This document shows positions 1 to 14,751 of a DNA stretch of 64,000 bases, piece by piece. The stretch's first letter is position 1; the number at the start of each line of letters is the position of its first letter. The translations under genes were made by a program, and so were the position numbers. Under the pieces are notes generated by a model. That model was not told the DNA's origin. It ran no database searches and worked only from the letters and a program-made list of their open reading frames with translations. The stretch is from Chrysomallon squamiferum (taxonomy: Eukaryota; Animalia; Mollusca). The stretch spans positions 1,302,001 through 1,366,000 of the forward strand of contig CM022675.1 of NCBI GenBank assembly GCA_012295275.1, written 5' to 3'.

Positions 1-251
1 ATGTATGTATGTATTTCTGTATAGGAACATAAACACATTATTTTATTTTATAATATATATATATTCGGAATATAATCAATATTCAGAAAGTGTCTGTAAC
101 ATAGCCTATAATTAGCAGTCAGAACTTCGACAATTTTTGTAAATGTAAAATATAACAAACACAATTATTCTTACTGTATTAATCAATAATCAGTGTCGAA
201 GCTATTATCTTTGTAAAACGTACGTGTTTGTTGATATCTGTATTTATGTGA

Positions 252-403
<152 letters not shown>

Positions 404-703
404 TCTGATATTCTTTCTTTCTGCTTTAAAACTTTTGGTTTTCTTTTGGAAATTCAATTCACTGATGGAAAAGTTTAATTAGATCCAACTAAATACTCAG
501 TTACAAAACTGAAAGGTGTCGGCTGTCTTGTTTGTTTTACAAATTGGATTTTCTATGCTATTAACAAGAGTCACTTCTATCGCTAAATGACGTAACTGTT
601 GACACCTGTCAATCAAATGTCGTCCGTTAAAAGGTAGGCGTGATTTACGTCCGTTACAAACACTTTCTGAGAAACACTCCGCAGGCGTCTGTTGTGATTT
701 ACC

Positions 704-944
704 ATGACCTTTGAACTCGTTCATTTGACCAGTACTCCGAAACCTCGACAAAGCAGACGGCAGTTTTTCGGCAGGAAAATGATGGGAGACATGAGCTTGG
801 TTCACAAATGCGAATCTTTAATGGACGTCCTTCAACCGGATGCTGTTTCTCTGGATGTGACGTCACTACTCGGGGATACTTCTAACTTACTAACGGTAAG
901 AGATGTTTCGTATTTATTTATTTATTTATTTATTATTATTATTA

Positions 945-984
<40 letters not shown>

Positions 985-1654
985 TAATCTCCTTCTTCGT
1001 TTTCATCATCATTATTATCATCATCACTGTGTTACGAAATTTGTATTATTGTTCTATGCACACCTATCAGGTAGAACGCTCATTAGATTCAATCTAATGT
1101 CAGTTTATTTAATTTTCTTCGAGTACAGTTTCATGCAGAATTCACTACGCTGATGTCATGACTGACACACGCACACACACACACACACACGAACACACAC
1201 GCACACACATTCACACATACACACATCACATTCAATATATAACATAAATTAAATATGTTATTAATTTCACTACTTCTGCTATTGTTACAGTTACTTTAAC
1301 TTCTACCACCACCACCACAACTACTACTACTACTGCTATCACTACTACTACCTCTACTACTACTGATACTACTACCACTACTACTACTACTACAACTACT
1401 TCCACTACTGCTACCACTATCACTACTACTTGACACCATTATGTATATTATTATATTATTTATATAGACGCACACACATATATTTATGTATGTATGTTTG
1501 TGTTCGTATGTGTATATATGTATGCGTATATATTTACATGGATATATATTTGATTACTTCTGTATATTAAAGTTCTGTAGTATTATTACTATGTATAGAT
1601 TGATTAATTCACCACATCTATAGTTTTGAAATCAGTCGTTATTACAAACATATT

Positions 1655-1710
<56 letters not shown>

Positions 1711-1742
1711 GTATTTTAAAGATTTTAAAGATATAGAAATAG

Positions 1743-1796
<54 letters not shown>

Positions 1797-2328
1797 TAAT
1801 TAATTAATTTATTTATTTATTTTGCTTTCTCAGGACCTTGTTAGCGATAATAAAAAGACGACATCAGAAACGTTGTCAAGAAACCAATGCACGAACATAA
1901 ACCTAACGAGCGAACTACGACAGCAGGTGAACAACAAACTTCAGTTCGAGCTCAGTGAGGAGTGTTCGAGAAAAGACGAAATTTTGACGAAAGTCGGAAA
2001 TTACCTGAGCAAAAACAAAACGGTCCTGACGAAGCGGAAATCACACAAACGTCTGGTTAAACGTTTCAGCATCAAGAACCTCATTCAGATGACGAAACCT
2101 GTGAAAGAAAGCCACGCACGTCTCGGGAAAGAGAAGACTGCGGGATCGCATCGCGACTTCCACAACATCGCGACCAAAAGACCAGTGAGCGGTTTCAAAT
2201 TAATGAGTGGATTATCGATCTTTGATATGACGTCATACATCAAAGATGGGAAACAAGTGTACGTGGTGCTGAATACGGAGTGGAGAAAAAAAAAAAAAAT
2301 AATAAATAAAAAAAAAAGACAGATATAA
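704..2328 (+). CDS. Putative two-exon orphan gene, join(704..895,1834..2328), ~228 aa, basic and probably disordered; function unknown
   Basis: ATG at 704; ACG|GTAAGA phase-0 donor after 895; pyrimidine tract plus CAG acceptor at 1833 continues the frame (…NLLT|DLVSDNKK…). Both segments are non-repetitive islands among microsatellites. No domain recognised; the last ~15 codons run into A-tracts, so the C-terminus is uncertain. Confidence 0.5.
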
Positions 2329-3664
2329 ATAAATAAATAAAGAAATCAAATCAGAAAAGAAAAGAAAGGACGGAAGAGAAAGGGGAAAACAAAAGGATGC
2401 AAAGAAAAAAGAAGTAGTGGTGACAAAGCACACACAACATGAATGAAAGGAAACAGTCGCTATAGACAGAACAACAGAAGCGTGCTATTTCACTATTACA
2501 TTTTGTAAAATTAACAAAAGACTTTTTCGAGCGTGTAATTATTGTAATAAACGGTTTTTGAAGATCTAAGTATTAATCTGAACACTGCGTTCATTTCAAC
2601 GCATGGTTGTAACAGTATGCTTCATTCATTCTTTCATGATAACAATAAACTTTATTTTGTATCTGTTTTCTTTCATTTCATCTTTTCTTAACAGTACCAG
2701 GCCCGTTCATTCTGCCAGCTGTTTAAGTTCTGTCAGAATCGGTAGAAACATACGTTATATACGTTTTGAGTGGGGAAAATTTTTAATTCAAAAACACCCA
2801 TTTATAGGGTATATGTGTGTGTGTGTGTGTGTGCGCGCGTTTTGAAAGACAGATAAACAGACAGATTGATAGATAAATATAATAATAAAATTAAATAACT
2901 AAAATGTCTAATAATATTTCCATCAAAACAAGTTTGTAATGTTGGAGATATAATTTCGTAGCTAAAAAAAATAAAAATAATAATAATAAAAATAAAAGCC
3001 TAAAAACACAGACAATGCTAATTTTAAAACCTTCAGTAAATGAAACCTATAAGCATAAGAAAACTTTAAAACAAAGAAAACACAAACCTTTAATGTATTT
3101 TTGTCTTTAAGTAAACATCATTCATATAATTAAAAAAAAGAATGAAATAACAGAGGCCTCCATTTCATAAAGAAGTCACGTGATTTTTTAAATCTGTCGA
3201 AGGTAAAATGAATATTACGCGGAAAATGACAAAAATTATTGTTATCGATCAACAAAAGAAGACTTTTGTTATTTGCATTCTGCAAACACACAGGGCAACA
3301 TCTACAACAGCGTCCATTAAACAAGTCACGTGATACATTAGCACAGAACTATTAATATTTAAAGTTGACGAAGCGTTAAACAAGTATTTGTAATTCAGTC
3401 TAATTGTACTCGATATTTAAAGCTTTGAAATTAAATGTCTGTAAGATGTTTAAAAATCATAAAACAATAGCTGATACACCAGAGAACAACCTCGAATGTC
3501 ACAAATGTGTCAACATAACCTCAAAAAGCTAATTGGATTTTAATGAAAAACAAACAACTCTGTTGACAAAAATACGAGTCGGGACTACATTTGAACCATG
3601 GGTAATAAAACACGTTTAAAACGTATTCTTCATTTTCATCTCTATACTTCTTTCCTTGACGTTG

Positions 3665-3736
<72 letters not shown>

Positions 3737-3912
3737 CATTCTGGTGATTCAACATAGTTCATATCCGCACATATCACTCGTTCAACAACACTAGATAACA
3801 CAGAACAAATAAAACAGTTAAATTTAGCACGCTAACTAAGGGAGATAACTACTGTCATCTAGCTCGGTCTGAGAAAAGATAGTTGTTTCGTTTCACTATG
3901 CAGAAAAGATTT

Positions 3913-3952
<40 letters not shown>

Positions 3953-4433
3953 TTATTATTCATTTTATGACGTGTATATATATATAAATATAAAATAAAA
4001 TCTTCAACGAAAGAAAATGTATCGCAATGTTTGAATTTTTAACTGAACATAATTATGGTATATACAGATTCATCAAACATCTGACTCTAATCAAAGCATA
4101 TATTAGATGTAGTTTGTTTTCGTAAATATCTTTTTCACTTTTTATCTTTTTTTTTTTTTTTTTTTTTTTACCAGTTTAAATGGGAAAGAAAAAATGGTGG
4201 AGTTATGGGACAAAAAGTAAGTTTGATCTTTCACGTTTATTCAGTGTCACGTGTTAACCGTGTTAGTGGGTTAGTTAGTTAGTTATAGTTAGTTATAGTT
4301 AGTTATAGTTTGTTCTAGTTTGTTATAGTTAGTTATAGTTTTTTATAGTTTGTTATGTCATCCACTTATTTACATCTAGTCCCGAAATACGGTATCAATT
4401 TATTTGTAGTATACATACATATTTTTTAAATTT

Positions 4434-4626
<193 letters not shown>

Positions 4627-5609
4627 CTCTCTCTCTCATTCTGTCTCTCTCTCTCTAGCCGTGCTTGCAATCAACTTTACTTTCAAAGAGAGAAAGAGAG
4701 AATGAATGCGAGTGAATGACAATAAGACAGAAAGACATGTGTACGCAGAGACAACTTGAAACAGAGAAGAGATGACATAAAAGAGACTGCGCCATGGTGT
4801 TCTGTACTGGAATGTCCAACAACCGTGGCAGTCAGTGAGATGTGTAACGCTATCTGACGAGTTCAATTTAAACTTGACAGCTTCTTTCAAACTGACACAA
4901 TGAAGGTGGCTTTAAATCGGATATTCAGACTCGAAATTTGATATATCTGAGGCCCCATATTTTTGTAAGCGTTGTTTGTTTGGGGCTTTTGGGGTTTTAT
5001 GTTTATATATTTTTTTTTGGGGGGGTGGTTTTTTTTCTTTGAGTCACCTTTTTTCCGTTTATTTATTTACATTTTTTTTTCTCCTTGTCTTCAATTTTTT
5101 CAACTTTTTTCGCTATTTATTTATTTATTTATTTATTTTCACTGGAGAATGTCTCAGAAATAAACACGGGGAAAAAAGTGAAAAACGGGTTTAAAACAAA
5201 ACATTTGAGACAAACTGAAACCAGTCTACGTTTATGTTGCTAAGTGCATATTACAGTTATTTCGTTTTGTATCTTTCTCGTTATTTTCTAACAGAATCTG
5301 GAATAGTGCGTGAACTTGCGATTTGTGAACATAATGTTTCAAACTATTGTACGGAGGAACATTCAGGTCATGTCACACGTTACTGAAGCTCGGGTGAACA
5401 GCGCGGGTTTCAAACTGTTGAAGCTGTAGACTCGACTCAGTCGGTTGTGACTCCACCCCGCTCAGCTTGAGCTGAAAACAATACTACTCTTTACTTAGCC
5501 GAGTAACCTACTAAAACCAGTACAACAGTCGTCACGCCGCGTGAACACCCATACAAGGTTACATAGCTGACCTCATTTCACAGTTTGATACTAGTGAGGG
5601 TAACGTCCG

Positions 5610-5693
<84 letters not shown>

Positions 5694-5880
5694 TATAATA
5701 CAAGTGCAGTAACAATAACAATAACAACGACAGCAATAACAGCAGCAACGAAATCATCGTAATTCTTATAAATCAAATTTTTGGCACGGTGACAAGAAGG
5801 AAGCTGTCGTCCTAAACGGGACATTTCTACTTCATATTTCCCGTCTGGTGACAATTCTCACTTTGTCATGTTTTTTTGTT

Positions 5881-5928
<48 letters not shown>

Positions 5929-6719
5929 TATTTAGGTAACTCCCATATAGAAACAGTTATTTGACATTTCAGGTAACTCCCATATGAAATAGTTATATTA
6001 TTCACTTATTATTATTGTTGTTGTTGTTGTTGTCGTCGTTGTTGTTGTTGTTGTTTTTGTTGCTGCTGTTGTTATGCATAAACATCCAGTTTAGAACTCT
6101 GGTTAGATTGTGAAATAAGTAATTAGGGTCACTGACGTTTAGTGATGACGTGACATGTTCTAGAAGCAGGGACTGATTCAGAGTGAAATTAAATAGAGTG
6201 AATCACAATTTCAATCATGATGATTAATTTTCTACCAATAAATAACAACAACAACAACAACACAAACAAAGAAAAAAAAATAAAAAAATAGAAGAGGAAA
6301 CAATACATTAACAAACTTTAACAATCATTTATTGTATTTAACACATGCGCATGCAAGGAAATCTTTTAATGCTTTCATATGAACATTCAGCAACAACACT
6401 TTTCATCCCATTTGTTTTGTTTTACAGTTTTCGCTGATTATACTAACCGTTTTATTTTCAAACCTGCTTTCCCGCCAAAATTGATATCGTCAGCAGATTC
6501 AAGCAGAAGTAGCCAGAGGCGAATATGGCGCGGTAATTTTCTGTTATCACAAGTGAATCAAAATAAAACCTAAACCTGAAGGGAACAACAACAAAGCACT
6601 CTGCGATGTACTCGGGTGTTTTGTCGAACTGTTCTCCGAGCTAAATGTGATAGTACAGATATGAAATGTAAATTAGGGGAGCTGGACAGTTCAGTGCGGT
6701 TAGTTCAGATCAAGTCAAT

Positions 6720-7807
6720 GAACGCATACAGTACAAAATGCTCGAAATAGACTTATTTTGTGAAATATTTAAACTGACCTCATCAAGCTCTGAGGAAGTC
6801 CCAGGGTTATGGTGTAATAATAATTTTAAAAAAACCCAGGAAATTTGCGACGACTTTATAAAGCAGAAACATTTATTAAAATTGCATGTTTCTGAATGTA
6901 TAAATTCTGGTATAAATGCTGTATTTATAACTGCAGCTAAAGATACATTTGAAATAAATACTTCTGTATACCAACAACAACAAAACAAATTATTCTCATA
7001 ATAAGATCTGCTTTAACGGAGCTCGTAAAACTGCAAAAAATGAAGTCAGAAAAGTCAGAAGATATAAACACTATGGCTGAAGCATACTGAAAGCTGACTT
7101 GAAAGAATAAACAGAATCAGTATAAACAAACATTAAACAGAGCTGTTAGGAAATATAGAACTTCTATTAAACAAAAAACGAAAATACTAAATATTTCAAA
7201 TCCCAAAGAGTTCTGATCAATTCTGAACAGCAATAAGCAGAGACGGTCAAAAGTAGATGTGTCAATTGATTCTTTATTTCATTTTTTTTTCAAAACTCTT
7301 AATAGCAACGTTGACGAAACTGTACCTGATCACGTGACACCAACAGAAGAGCTACACACTCAAGGCGAAGAAACCACTAATGATATTTTGTACAAACCTC
7401 TTTCAACCGAGAAAAGATCTAGAGCAGTAAACAGACTCCATTGTGATAGGTCAGGTGGAGAAGACTTTATTATCAATGAATATATCAAGTGTACTGCTAA
7501 TATTATGTTACTTTTTTGTGTACAATTATTTAATGTTATTCTTGACACGGCAGTTATACCATCCGATAGGTTAGCGAGGCTCATCAAACCGACATATGAA
7601 AACACAGGCGCCCGAAATGACCCTGAAAACTGAAGATCTCTTACATTATTAACCTGTTTAGGTAAACTGTTTACACGTGTACTTAATTCTAGATTAAATA
7701 GGTATGCAAATGAACAAATCTGGATTTAGGAAATCAAGCTGGATCGTAAAATTAATTCCATGACAGACTATATATTTTCTTTATACTCTTTAGTTATTTT
7801 AATGAAG

Positions 7808-7859
<52 letters not shown>

Positions 7860-8612
7860 AAAAAAAGAAAGAAATGAAAGCTATATATATCCTAATAGCT
7901 AAAAATCGTCAGAATAATCTCTCCATCGACTGTATTCTTTATTTATTTGACAAACTAATACAGCCAGTTTTATTGTATGGTTGTGAAATATCGAGTTTTA
8001 CAAATATACAACCAATAGAAAGACTCGATATGAAATTTTGTAAGTATTTAGTAAATGTTAATGAATGTATCCCTGGTTTTATGATCTGTGATGATCTAGG
8101 ACGGTATCCCCTTTATATTTCTACAAAAGTAAGAATGATAACTATTTGGAGGAAACTAATCTGCAAAACCCAAAACAAGATTTCCTCACAACTGTATTAT
8201 TTAATGCATGTTATCGATTCTCCTTGGAACACATTTGTGAAAAATATTTTACATGATTGTGGTTTAACATATATATGGACAGGTCACAACTTTGATCATT
8301 TTAAATTGTAACGTGAAACGGCATCCAAAATATTACACGATTAGTGTCTACAGATATGGAAAAATGAACTCATATTTTTCTTCTTTTTTCTTTCTTTTTT
8401 GTAAATAAATTGAAATTAGAAAATTATCTTACATCGCTGTCTCAAAAAGAATGCTAACGTCCTAAGTAAATTTAGAACCTCTAATGTTTAACTTCCAGCA
8501 GAGAGCATGTCTTCCATTTCAAACTTCATCACATTTACATTTAATTTCGTAACTGTATATCTGTTACATAATCTTTTATGTGCTGTAATCCTACAGTCTG
8601 AGAGAATAAAGT
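6720..8612 (+). mobile_element. Degenerate non-LTR retrotransposon (CR1/L2-superclade LINE ORF2 remnant) with stops, frameshifts and the RT core missing
   Basis: Typical ORF2 motifs in fragments: NPKEF*, SGGEDFIINEYIK, IKPTYENTGARNDPEN*RSLTLLTCLGKLFTRVLNSRL, NQAG, MTDYIFSL, then LFDKLIQPVLLYGCE, KFCKYLVNV, DLGRYPL, SPWNTFVK, CGLTYIW, KFRTSN; AATAAA near 8605. Confidence 0.85.
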
Positions 8613-8749
8613 CACTGTCGTTGTCAAGTCACCTAATACTCTTCTCGTAAATAAATATGAAATTGAAACAAACCAGCCCAGTCCCACACTTTGCATCAAC
8701 CCTCCCCTCCCCCCCAGGCTGTGATCCGCGCCACAGACTGAGATGACAG

Positions 8750-8923
8750 TTAATATTATATCTGATAGAGCGCAACACCTGCCAGACGTCGAGTCTCGCT
8801 CACTCGGGTCTGTTCGGGACGTTCCGCCTCGGTTAGCCGAGTCTGTTTCAGCGTCGTCTGCATATCGGGCCTCGTGACTAGAAGTCCACTGGATACAGAG
8901 GCAGACGGTTCAGCTAGCGGACG
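8750..8923 (+). other. Candidate non-coding first exon/promoter, probably of contactin
   Basis: CpG-rich island ending in ACG|GTAAGT (donor at 8924) with an AT-rich TATA-like stretch near 8751-8762. The contactin ATG exon is preceded by an acceptor (17306/17310), so an upstream UTR exon must exist. Linkage is inferred. Confidence 0.4.
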
Positions 8924-9103
8924 GTAAGTCTGGTTTTTTTTATTCACTAATTATCAAATCTGTCTTTCTTTCAGTTTATTTTATTTATTTTTTTTTTTTT
9001 ATTTTTTTAAAGAAAGAAAAAATTCAATTTAAAACACGTTATTGCAGCTTTATCAGTGTATGCATTATTATTATAGTCTTTTTGTGAAAGTTTACGATAA
9101 ATG

Positions 9104-9139
<36 letters not shown>

Positions 9140-9968
9140 GTTGTTTTGTTATTATTACTACAACTGTAGAAGTCAAACACTCTTACTGTATTATTACAGC
9201 TGACTACGTTATATTCATATAAACTTTGCATTAAACGTATTCTTACTATTGTTAAAATTTACGTTCTGCGAAGTTTTGCTGTTTTGTCCGTAATAACTGA
9301 GAAAATATGTTAAACTAAGTGCAACATATTATTACTTTGATTGTGTGTGATATACGTTGTATATAATTATAATGTTTGACAAATAACACTGATTATAAAT
9401 ATTTATAAAATGACGTATATGTGTCTGTTACGTAGACATGTTAAATAACAGGGGAGAAAAACGTTCTTACATGCTGCATCTGTTATTTGTTACTAAACTG
9501 TTAACAAATTTTATATGATATCTGTATGATGACGTTATTCATAATCAAAACTGTGCTTTATAGATCAAACATGTTGGAATTCTGAAGTAATAATATATGA
9601 ATTAAGGATATTCCATAACAAGATTAATGTGAAATATTGGTCATTTTTGTAATACTAGTCAAACATGTATCTGAACGTTTCGAATGTAGCTGCAAAATAC
9701 CGTTCTTCATTTTGTACCAGGACAGAAAACGACAGTATTGTAGTGGTAGTAACAATAGTAGCAGCTGTGACAGTAGTATCGATAGTAATACTAGTAATAG
9801 TAGTAATAGCTGTTGTTGTTGTAGTAATAGTAGTCGTCGTCGTAGTAATGTAGAAGTAGTAATAGCAGTGGCGTTTGTTTATTTTAAATTTATTATGTTA
9901 GCAGGCTTAGATGTAGCACTAATATTACTGATAATGCTGTCGCAATATTTATTTATTTATTTATTTGT

Positions 9969-10019
<51 letters not shown>

Positions 10020-10849
10020 TTTGTTTATATATTTATTTATTTATTTACTTACTTACTGCACCTCTGTGTTTTATATCATCGCGCCAAACATTTCCATTAC
10101 AAAGATATTTTTATCTCCTCGACACCAACATATTTTCACGACAGTTCAAGATGTAGCTGGAAGGCAGAATTAAATTGTGTGGTGTTCAAAAAACTCAGAC
10201 TCTCAACTGTTAAATGACAAAGATCCTGTAATTACATCGACTTTCATAAACTGTAAACACCAAAACAAAAAAAAAAAAAAAAAAAAAAAAAACCACTTAT
10301 TGTACGGATATGGACTTGTATGAATCAACATTCAAAGTTTCCTGTCGTTTGTTTTAGGAGAGAGAGAAAAAAAAAATGTAGGCGCCATATTGAAATAGCC
10401 AAAAGGCATTTTATAAATGATGGAATGTCGCTTTTATTTCCGCCAGCTTGTCGTCAGAATATTTCGCCCCTGGGCTTAGTCCTTGAAATGGACAGAGTGG
10501 TCAGTTTGACCCAGTGGACATGCTTGACCCTAATTACTACCCTAGTTTGCTTAGTGGATAATTGATCGATGACGTAATGGTGTCACGCATGAATGACGTT
10601 AAGCTTGGACGATGGTCAGACTTAGGAATGTGCATTGTACAGCTTTTTAATTATAATTTCTCTTTGGATTACTGGACAATGGTCAGCTTTTCATCATTGT
10701 CTTTCTTCGAAGTCAAGGGGCTTGGCCCTGAAGAGTTTCTGTTTATAGACTGGAAACTGAACGAGTTACGTAACGGAATTTACCTTGTTCTACTGCGAGC
10801 TTCACACTGCATATCACGTGACGTTACCTCATTATACTCTGACGTTACA

Positions 10850-11720
10850 CAATAGATATTATGTGAGGTTATACAGTGAATACTATGTATGGTTATTCAT
10901 ACACTGGATATTACAAGGTGGATATTATGTGAGGTTATAAAGTGGATCTTATGTGAGGTTATAAAGTGGATATTATGTGACGTGACCCAGTGGATATTAA
11001 ATAAAGTTACATAGTGGATATTATTTGAGGTTATACAGTTGATATTAAATGAAGTTACACAGTGGATATTATGTGAGGTTATAAAGTGGATATAATGTGA
11101 GGTTATAAAGTGGATATTATGTGAGGTTATACAGTGGATTTTATTTGAGGTTATACAGTTGATATTAAATGAAGTTACACAGTGGATATTATGTGAGGTT
11201 ATAAAGTGGACATTATGTGAGGTTATACAGTGCATATTATTTGAGGTTACACAGTGCGTATTATGTCAGGTTACACAGTGGATATTAAATGAGGCTACAT
11301 AATGGATATTATTTGAGGTTGCATACTGGATATTATGTGAGGTTATACAGTGGATATTAAATGAGGTTACACAGTGCGTATTATGTGAGGTTACACAGTG
11401 GATATTAAATGAGGCTACACAGTGGATATTATGTGAGGTTACCTAGTGGATATTACGTGAGGTTATACAGAAGATATTAAATGAGATCAAACTGTGGATA
11501 TTATGTTAGTTTACAGAGTGGATATTATGTGATGTTCTAATGTGGATATTATGTGAGGTTACCCAGTGGATATTCTGTGAGGTTACATAGTGGATATCAT
11601 GTGAGGTTATAAAATGGATATTATATTAGGTTATAAAATGGATATTATATGGGATTACAGGGTGCATGTTAGGTGAGGTTACACACTGGATATTATACAT
11701 TATACACTTGATATTATGTG
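10850..11720. repeat. 24-bp minisatellite (GTGGATATTATGTGAGGTTATACA-like), ~35 diverged copies
   Basis: Visible tandem repeat; the 8-aa periodicity (HFITSHNI) of ORF 10897..11235 confirms the 24-nt period. Confidence 0.9.
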
Positions 11721-12085
11721 GGTTTCATATTGTTAATTAATTTTTTCTATCTCCTATTATTTCTCACTATCTGGTGAATTCTTTCCTTTTCTCTCCTTCT
11801 CTCTATCTCTGCTTCTCAACATGTAGGAAAGACGTTAGCTGAAAAGGGTAAATATAATAATTCTTGTTTAAGTCTGCTCTGACGTGTCTGTCTCTATTTG
11901 TGTCTTGATTACCGTCGTATCATAATTTTAATATCTGCTCGGCTGACATCAAAAGTTTTTGCATTTGTTTAAGCGAACCTGTAAAGCTACAAACTGTTTT
12001 ATTGTTCATTAATCCTTCGTGTGGTTTATGTTCCTTTCCGAAAACACAGTACATACATGTAAACACATTCAAACCGACTCCCAGA

Positions 12086-12213
<128 letters not shown>

Positions 12214-13402
12214 CGCTCTCTCGCACGAACGTACATGATAAACAGAACGAATGAATTTGGACACGATGTAATAGAAACACCAATTTTCTTTTTCGTGGTT
12301 TTTTTTTTTTTTTTTTTTTTTTTTCGTTTGTTTTTCTTTCTCAACTTCTCAAATGGCGGTATCACGTAAATCAAGAGTCAAGGCCATTCTATTGTTCCGC
12401 TGATCTCTGGAAAACATGATCACCATAATTAAGGTGGACAAAATGGTGACCCGGTCGCTAACAAAAGACAAAGATAAATTAAATATGTGGCGAATAGAGG
12501 ACGCTATTTAAAGAGACCCCAGGAATTCCGTTAAGAGCCAAAATGAAATTTAGACGTTAGCTTTACATACATAGATGTACAGATACAGCTGAAAGTATAT
12601 GAATATACCGACACAGATACATACAGAAATATGGAGATATAAGATGGAGACAGAGATATGTTCAGACAGATATATGGACAGAAAGATAGATACAAAGTTG
12701 AGCCAGGCAAGCAGACAGATAAACAGTCAACAGGATAGATATTAAATTGAGACAGAGAGACAGCAGAGATAAAGAGAGACAGACAGATAGATACAATAAT
12801 AAAGATATGAAGTTCAGACATTGACATACAGATAGAAAGACAGAGATATAAAGCTGAGAGACAGACAGACAGACAAATACGACAGATAAAAAGATAAAGA
12901 CATGTGTGTAAGTATGTACGTATGAATGTTTGTGCTTGCATGTACAAGTATGCTTACACACACAACACGCGCACACACATACATACACAAACACGAAACA
13001 CACATTTGTGTATATGTAACAAAACGAAAAAGAAAATAACGACAAACATTTTGGATATGCCCAAACTTATTGATTTTAATTTGATGATCTATCTTTCTGC
13101 GTGGTTCTTCATCAGAAAATGAAAATTGTAAATTTCAGCGACTCGGTTCGGTTGACTACTGGTTTTCTACACTTCAACAAGGACGAGTTTATTTTCTTCA
13201 CTGGTGAACTAACGGCAAGGTCAGCTAGGTTAACTATGTTTATAAGAAATATTAACCTGGTTTTCTAACACCGTAAAATACAAACTTGTCAGTGTGTGGC
13301 GTACACCAGTTCGCTTTCTTCATTTTCTAATCTACTTACTGTTGTTGTCGTGGTTCTTGTGGTTATTAGTAGTAGTAGTGTTAGTGTTGTTGTTGTTTGT
13401 TA

Positions 13403-13468
<66 letters not shown>

Positions 13469-14705
13469 GTAGTAGTAGTAGTAGTTGCAGCAGCAGCAGT
13501 AGAAGCAATAGCGGTTCTTGTACTCTCTCTCTCTCTCTCTCTCTCTACGTATCTGTGCCTCCTTCTTTCGGTTTCGTCAGATCAGAGCAACAACAACAAG
13601 AACAACAATAATAATGTTGATGATGAGGACGATAAAGTCACATGACTTTTTTCGTTATCAGAATATTCTGCATATCACATTTTAAAATCTCTGTCTGTCT
13701 GTTTGCTCCTCTGTCTACTGCATTAATAAAATTCACGGTCACTGATCTTGCATTTTCACGTTTAGCGACAACACTGGGACCTAATACACCATTTTATAAA
13801 TTTTTATATAACTCTTAAGCGATACTCACCTTTACTGACTCTGGCTTTCTAGGGTATCACATTACATAGCGCATTTCTGTCACCATCCATCACTCAAAAA
13901 TGAACAAAAGCCGGAGTAGGAATCTTCGAAAAAAAAAAAAAAAAAAAAAAAAAAGTTCGTGACATTCAAGGCGGTTCTGATTCTAATCTGAGATGGTCGT
14001 TTGGTTTTCAGTTCATGCGCTTCAGGGAAATAATACGACGTTTTCTTATTCCTTTTTTTTTTTTTTTTTACATCAGTTTATTTTATCGCATGTTGCAAAA
14101 AATTTAAAAAAAAGAAGATAGAAACCCCTTAAAAAAGAAATGAGAGAGAGAGAGACTTACTGAGGGGCAAATATTTTTTGTTATATTTTATTTGCTTTTA
14201 TTGCTTTTATAAGGTAACTGTATCTATGGTTACCTTATAAAGCGTCCACAAATAGCATATAGTATTATATTTTCAAATATTGTGTGTGTGTGTGCGTGCG
14301 TATACGATTTCTCTCAATTTGTCTATCTCTGTCTCTACTCTGTCTCTACTCTCTCTGTCTGTCTGTCTATACGTGTATGTGTGTATTTATCTTTTTGTCT
14401 GTTTATCTGTCTGTTTAGCTATGATCCTATCTCACTCTGTCTCTGTTTGTCTCGCTTTCTTTTTCTTTCTCTGTCTCTCCTGCATGCAGGTATGCAGGTA
14501 TGTCTGCCTAGCTATCTATCTCACTCTGCCTCTGTCTCTCTCTCAAATAACATGTAACTGTATCACAGTTCTCCTGTAGAGGAATGTCTTCATTATGCTG
14601 CAAGGAGAGATTAACAGAATACAATTACCAGAACTAATGTTACACAAACAAACCAGCAGCAGTGTTTACTTACCTAAGTGGGCTAATATTTCTAATTCGT
14701 TACGA

Positions 14706-14751
<46 letters not shown>

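Noticed and set aside
6676-6710. tRNA gene at the A-box-like GGACAGTTCAGTGCGGTTAG
   Set aside because: There is no B box or cloverleaf downstream; at most a SINE fragment.
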